Shown: piece by piece, positions 60,983 through 64,000 of the stretch
How the letters are laid out: the number at the start of each line of letters is the position of its first letter
Numbering within the stretch: position 1 is the stretch's first letter
Assembly: GCA_024653355.1 (NCBI GenBank)
Contig: JANLFQ010000001.1
Span: 576,576 to 640,575, forward strand
Source: a candidate division WOR-3 bacterium
GTDB taxonomy: Bacteria > Hydrothermota > Tepidihabitantia > Tepidihabitantales > Tepidihabitantaceae
DNA: 64,000 bases
Direction: 5' to 3'
Program-made: the position numbers and the translations under genes
The notes under the pieces: model-generated
Database searches by the model: none
What the model saw: the letters and a program-made list of their open reading frames with translations, nothing else
What the model was told of the DNA's origin: nothing

Positions 60983-61711
60983 TTATGCCCCCTTTTTCAT
61001 ATTCTCTTCTGTAAAGTAAGTGTCCTTAATCCCCACATCAATCTCAACATCAAGGAGTTTTAACTCGGTTATCGTACCCCGTGCCAGGTTGTCCAATCGC
61101 ACCGTTCGGGGAATCCAGACCTCATTTGCCTTTTGGAAATCGGCAAAAACTATACATTTTGCCACACGCCCGTCCCGGGCAATCTTTTCCAATCGTAATG
61201 GGAGAAACCGCTCCATCTCCACCCAGAGTCGGCTCCTTTCGCCATCCTGTTCCAGCGTAATAAGATAAGCCTTTACTCCGTTAAGTTCCACTTCATCCGC
61301 CTCCCCGGAGGCGACACTCGTTCCGAACGATATACTTGCCATCTCTTTATACGAAAAGTCTGACCCGCCAAAACTCTGGTCCGCAGCACTCCCGGAAATT
61401 CTCCTTACCCGGCCCTGCGCGGGCAGATAGACCCACATATTTTCCGGCGCTGTCGTAAGAAAACTCACTCCTCGTAACTCAGCAGGCGAAATAAAAGTCA
61501 CCAGCATCTTCTTGTCACCCTTCATCACCATCCGCAAGGTGCGCTCCTGCACCCTTTTACTTTTATCGGTTATCCGCATTACCGCTTTAACCCGGCGGTC
61601 CTGAGCTGTAGTGCTATTTCGTAACCGATTCAAAACCTCCTGGGCGCTCATTCCGTAAACCCCGATAAAAAGTCCGCCCAGAAGCAGCATTATTCTTTTT
61701 ATTTTACCCAT
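60983..61711 (-). CDS. LolA-like outer-membrane lipoprotein-sorting-fold periplasmic protein (DUF1329-like)
   Basis: Signal peptide; 242 aa. It is operonic with the MMPL transporter, whose stop overlaps by 8 bp. Confidence 0.55.
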   Translation of the reverse strand: MGKIKRIMLLLGGLFIGVYGMSAQEVLNRLRNSTTAQDRRVKAVMRITDKSKRVQERTLRMVMKGDKKMLVTFISPAELRGVSFLTTAPENMWVYLPAQGRVRRISGSAADQSFGGSDFSYKEMASISFGTSVASGEADEVELNGVKAYLITLEQDGERSRLWVEMERFLPLRLEKIARDGRVAKCIVFADFQKANEVWIPRTVRLDNLARGTITELKLLDVEIDVGIKDTYFTEENMKKGA

Positions 61712-63980
61712 TCTGACCTCCTTTTATATTGCTTTTATCTCTAAATCCAACGAAAATTGCCGGTAACAAGACCAGCGCACCGATGCCGGATAGAAACATC
61801 GCACCGGCAATCAGAAGCCCGAACTTCTGAATTATCACCAGAGAAGCAAACGCCAGCACTGCAAAACCAAGGCCAACTGCCAGGGCATTGATGATAACCG
61901 GTGGTCCAACACCCGCAAGGGTACGGCGCAGGCACTCCTTACGGTCAACGCCGTTTCCGCTTTCCTCCTGAAAACGGCCGAGAAAATGACAGGAGTAATC
62001 AATCCCAATCCCTAAGGCGATTGCCCCGAGCATTGCAGTGACGATATCAACCTCAATACCCAGCACGCCCATAACCCCAAAGGCAACCGTTAAAGTAAAG
62101 CCAATGGGAACCATCCCTGCCAATCCAAAACGCACCGAGCGGAAAGAAGCGGCGATAATAACAAATACGGCAAGAAATGCCACGATAATGCTCCATAACT
62201 GGCTTGTGGCAATCCCTCGATGCAAGGCGTAAACCGCCAGAGGCATCCCACCCAGCTCAACCTTCACATCAGAACCGAAGTTTCGCTTAATCAAATTACG
62301 AATCTCTATCACCGCCTTGCCAATCTCGCTACTCCTCTCCTGACTAAACTGGGCGGCAATCCTTGCCCGGGCGTAATCACTCGTAACCATACTAGCCAGA
62401 TAGTCCGAACCGGAGAAAGAAAGTAATAACAAAAATTGCGCAACACCATCTCTCGTATCAGGAATCACCTCAAACTTCGGGTCGTCGCCATGAAACGCCC
62501 GATTGGCTTTTTTTAACACCTCAACAATCGAAGTGACATGAGTAACATACTGCACCTGTTTTAATTCGTTGGTAAATTTCTCCATTTGCCGCAAAACCGC
62601 CGGATCCTGAATGTCGCCCTCAACAATAATCTCAAATTGCAATTCTCCACCAAACTGTTCATTGACAATTTTCGCTGCCCGGGTTGGACTGGAATTGGGC
62701 TTGAAATAGCGGACAAAATCGGTCTCGGGTTTCACTTTCACACCCCAAAATAGCGAGCCAATCATAATAATAGCGGCACAAATAAGTACCGGTATGCGAC
62801 CACGCCCAATCCAATCTGCCCACCTTTCAAAAATTGAACCTCTACCTTTCAACATCCTTGTCGGTAGCCCGATGTGACACCTTATTCTCCGTTCCAGCAA
62901 AACAAGCAACGCGGGCAAAAACACTACCGCCAAAATGAAGGAAAATATCACGCCCACCACAGAGAAAATTGCAAAAGCACGAATCGCATTAATTCTCATC
63001 ACCATATTTGCGCCAAATCCGACAACCGTTGTTGCCATCGCCAGAAACACAGGCATTCCGGTATTACCCACGACCGCCTGAACAAGTTCCCGACCACATA
63101 TGCCCTTCCGCCTTTCCTGAATCCAGCGTTCTACGATATGAATGCCATATGCACTGCCCACCGAAAGCAACACCGGAGGTAAAACTATCAAAACCACAGT
63201 CAAAGGTTGTCCGCTCAAACCAATAACCCCCAAAGTCCATAGCACCGCAATGCCAACGGTCAGTAAAGGTAGAACCACCCCACGCCAGTTACGAAACAGA
63301 AAGACAAACACCAGCACCAGTACAAGCACAACCAGCGGAATGAGTCGGGTCAGGTCCTGCATCATCCAGTCGCGCATAAATTTCATCAGAGCGGCGGAAC
63401 CCGTCAGCGACACCTGGGTGCCACGCCATTTTTTCTGTACCTCCTTTTCAATCTCCTGTACTGCTAACAACTTGTCAACGCCAGGTCTCAACCGAACAAG
63501 CAACAGCATGCTGTTACCATCCTCGGCAAGCAATCTTCCCCGATACCGCTCATCGCTTAAAAGCCGTTCCCGTAGTTTCTTTAACCCTGTTTCACTCGAA
63601 GGTATCGATTCAATCACCCGGGATATTATCACCTCCTCACTTACTCCAACGACATCCTGAAGATTGGTGAGCGCTACTACTTCGTTTACCGCTGGCAGCC
63701 CTTCAAGACCTTGCACCAGACTGTCTAACTGCATCAACCTGCCGGGCGCAAATAAATTATCTGTTTCCACCAGCACCACCACCTGGTCGGAACCACCGAA
63801 ATCATCGTCCACAACTTTTAACACCCTAACTCCAGGCTCATTCTCGGGCAAAAGTTGTATTACATCGGCTTCAATCCTCAAACGGCGCAGAAAAAACCCC
63901 GCCCCCACTGTCAAAAGACAAACGCCTAAAACAACCCACCCCGGGTATTTAATAACCAATCGGCTTATTTGCTGCATCAT
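61704..63980 (-). CDS. MMPL/RND-superfamily exporter (HpnN-like)
   Basis: 758 aa with two 6-transmembrane-helix bundles and two periplasmic loops, matching MMPL architecture. Confidence 0.8.
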   Translation of the reverse strand: MMQQISRLVIKYPGWVVLGVCLLTVGAGFFLRRLRIEADVIQLLPENEPGVRVLKVVDDDFGGSDQVVVLVETDNLFAPGRLMQLDSLVQGLEGLPAVNEVVALTNLQDVVGVSEEVIISRVIESIPSSETGLKKLRERLLSDERYRGRLLAEDGNSMLLLVRLRPGVDKLLAVQEIEKEVQKKWRGTQVSLTGSAALMKFMRDWMMQDLTRLIPLVVLVLVLVFVFLFRNWRGVVLPLLTVGIAVLWTLGVIGLSGQPLTVVLIVLPPVLLSVGSAYGIHIVERWIQERRKGICGRELVQAVVGNTGMPVFLAMATTVVGFGANMVMRINAIRAFAIFSVVGVIFSFILAVVFLPALLVLLERRIRCHIGLPTRMLKGRGSIFERWADWIGRGRIPVLICAAIIMIGSLFWGVKVKPETDFVRYFKPNSSPTRAAKIVNEQFGGELQFEIIVEGDIQDPAVLRQMEKFTNELKQVQYVTHVTSIVEVLKKANRAFHGDDPKFEVIPDTRDGVAQFLLLLSFSGSDYLASMVTSDYARARIAAQFSQERSSEIGKAVIEIRNLIKRNFGSDVKVELGGMPLAVYALHRGIATSQLWSIIVAFLAVFVIIAASFRSVRFGLAGMVPIGFTLTVAFGVMGVLGIEVDIVTAMLGAIALGIGIDYSCHFLGRFQEESGNGVDRKECLRRTLAGVGPPVIINALAVGLGFAVLAFASLVIIQKFGLLIAGAMFLSGIGALVLLPAIFVGFRDKSNIKGGQNG

Positions 63981-64000
63981 GAAGACATTCCTTTAACCCG

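Overview
The window reads as mostly chromosomal core DNA, about 50% GC, from a bacterium that has a type IX secretion system (T9SS) and could not be placed taxonomically. It may belong to an uncultivated FCB-group-like lineage. Core metabolism and housekeeping genes include purA, purQ, panB, panC, folK, a deoxynucleoside kinase, coaX, birA, tsaB, xseA, xseB, gyrA, plsY, hbd, nnr, a cold-shock gene and a complete rnfCDGEAB operon. mlaE and a partial mlaF sit at the left edge. These are interleaved with an unusually dense set of secreted proteins carrying T9SS C-terminal sorting domains. A large C25-type peptidase lies immediately upstream of a FadL-like outer-membrane protein on the same strand, which is the conserved porU-porV arrangement. 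Other cargo carry FG-GAP, SBBP and BNR repeats, and there is a clan GH-A glycoside hydrolase with a CARDB domain. The window holds two tRNA genes. One is a textbook bacterial selC: tRNA-Sec with anticodon UCA, an 8-bp acceptor stem, a 6-bp D stem, a long variable arm and an encoded CCA. It is wedged between two secreted-protein genes. The other is tRNA-Gln(CUG), which has a consensus sigma70 promoter. Also present are a DUF523/DUF1722 (YbgA/TudS-like) gene translationally coupled to the UV-damage endonuclease gene uvdE, and a YfhO-family GT-C membrane protein converging on a UbiA-family decaprenyl-phosphate phosphoribosyltransferase. An MMPL transporter, a LolA-like protein and a beta-barrel outer-membrane protein form an export module. 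A HerA-like ATPase lies next to hypB. The most curious point is a BNR-repeat T9SS cargo gene at 33515-35722. It is a single uninterrupted reading frame except for one in-frame TGA at 34733-34735, only about 3.8 kb from the selC gene. Several genes (rnfC, nnr and a sugar ABC permease) have near-consensus -35/-10 promoters ending a few nucleotides before the start codon, which suggests frequent leaderless mRNAs. No CRISPR array, insertion sequence or prophage was recognised.
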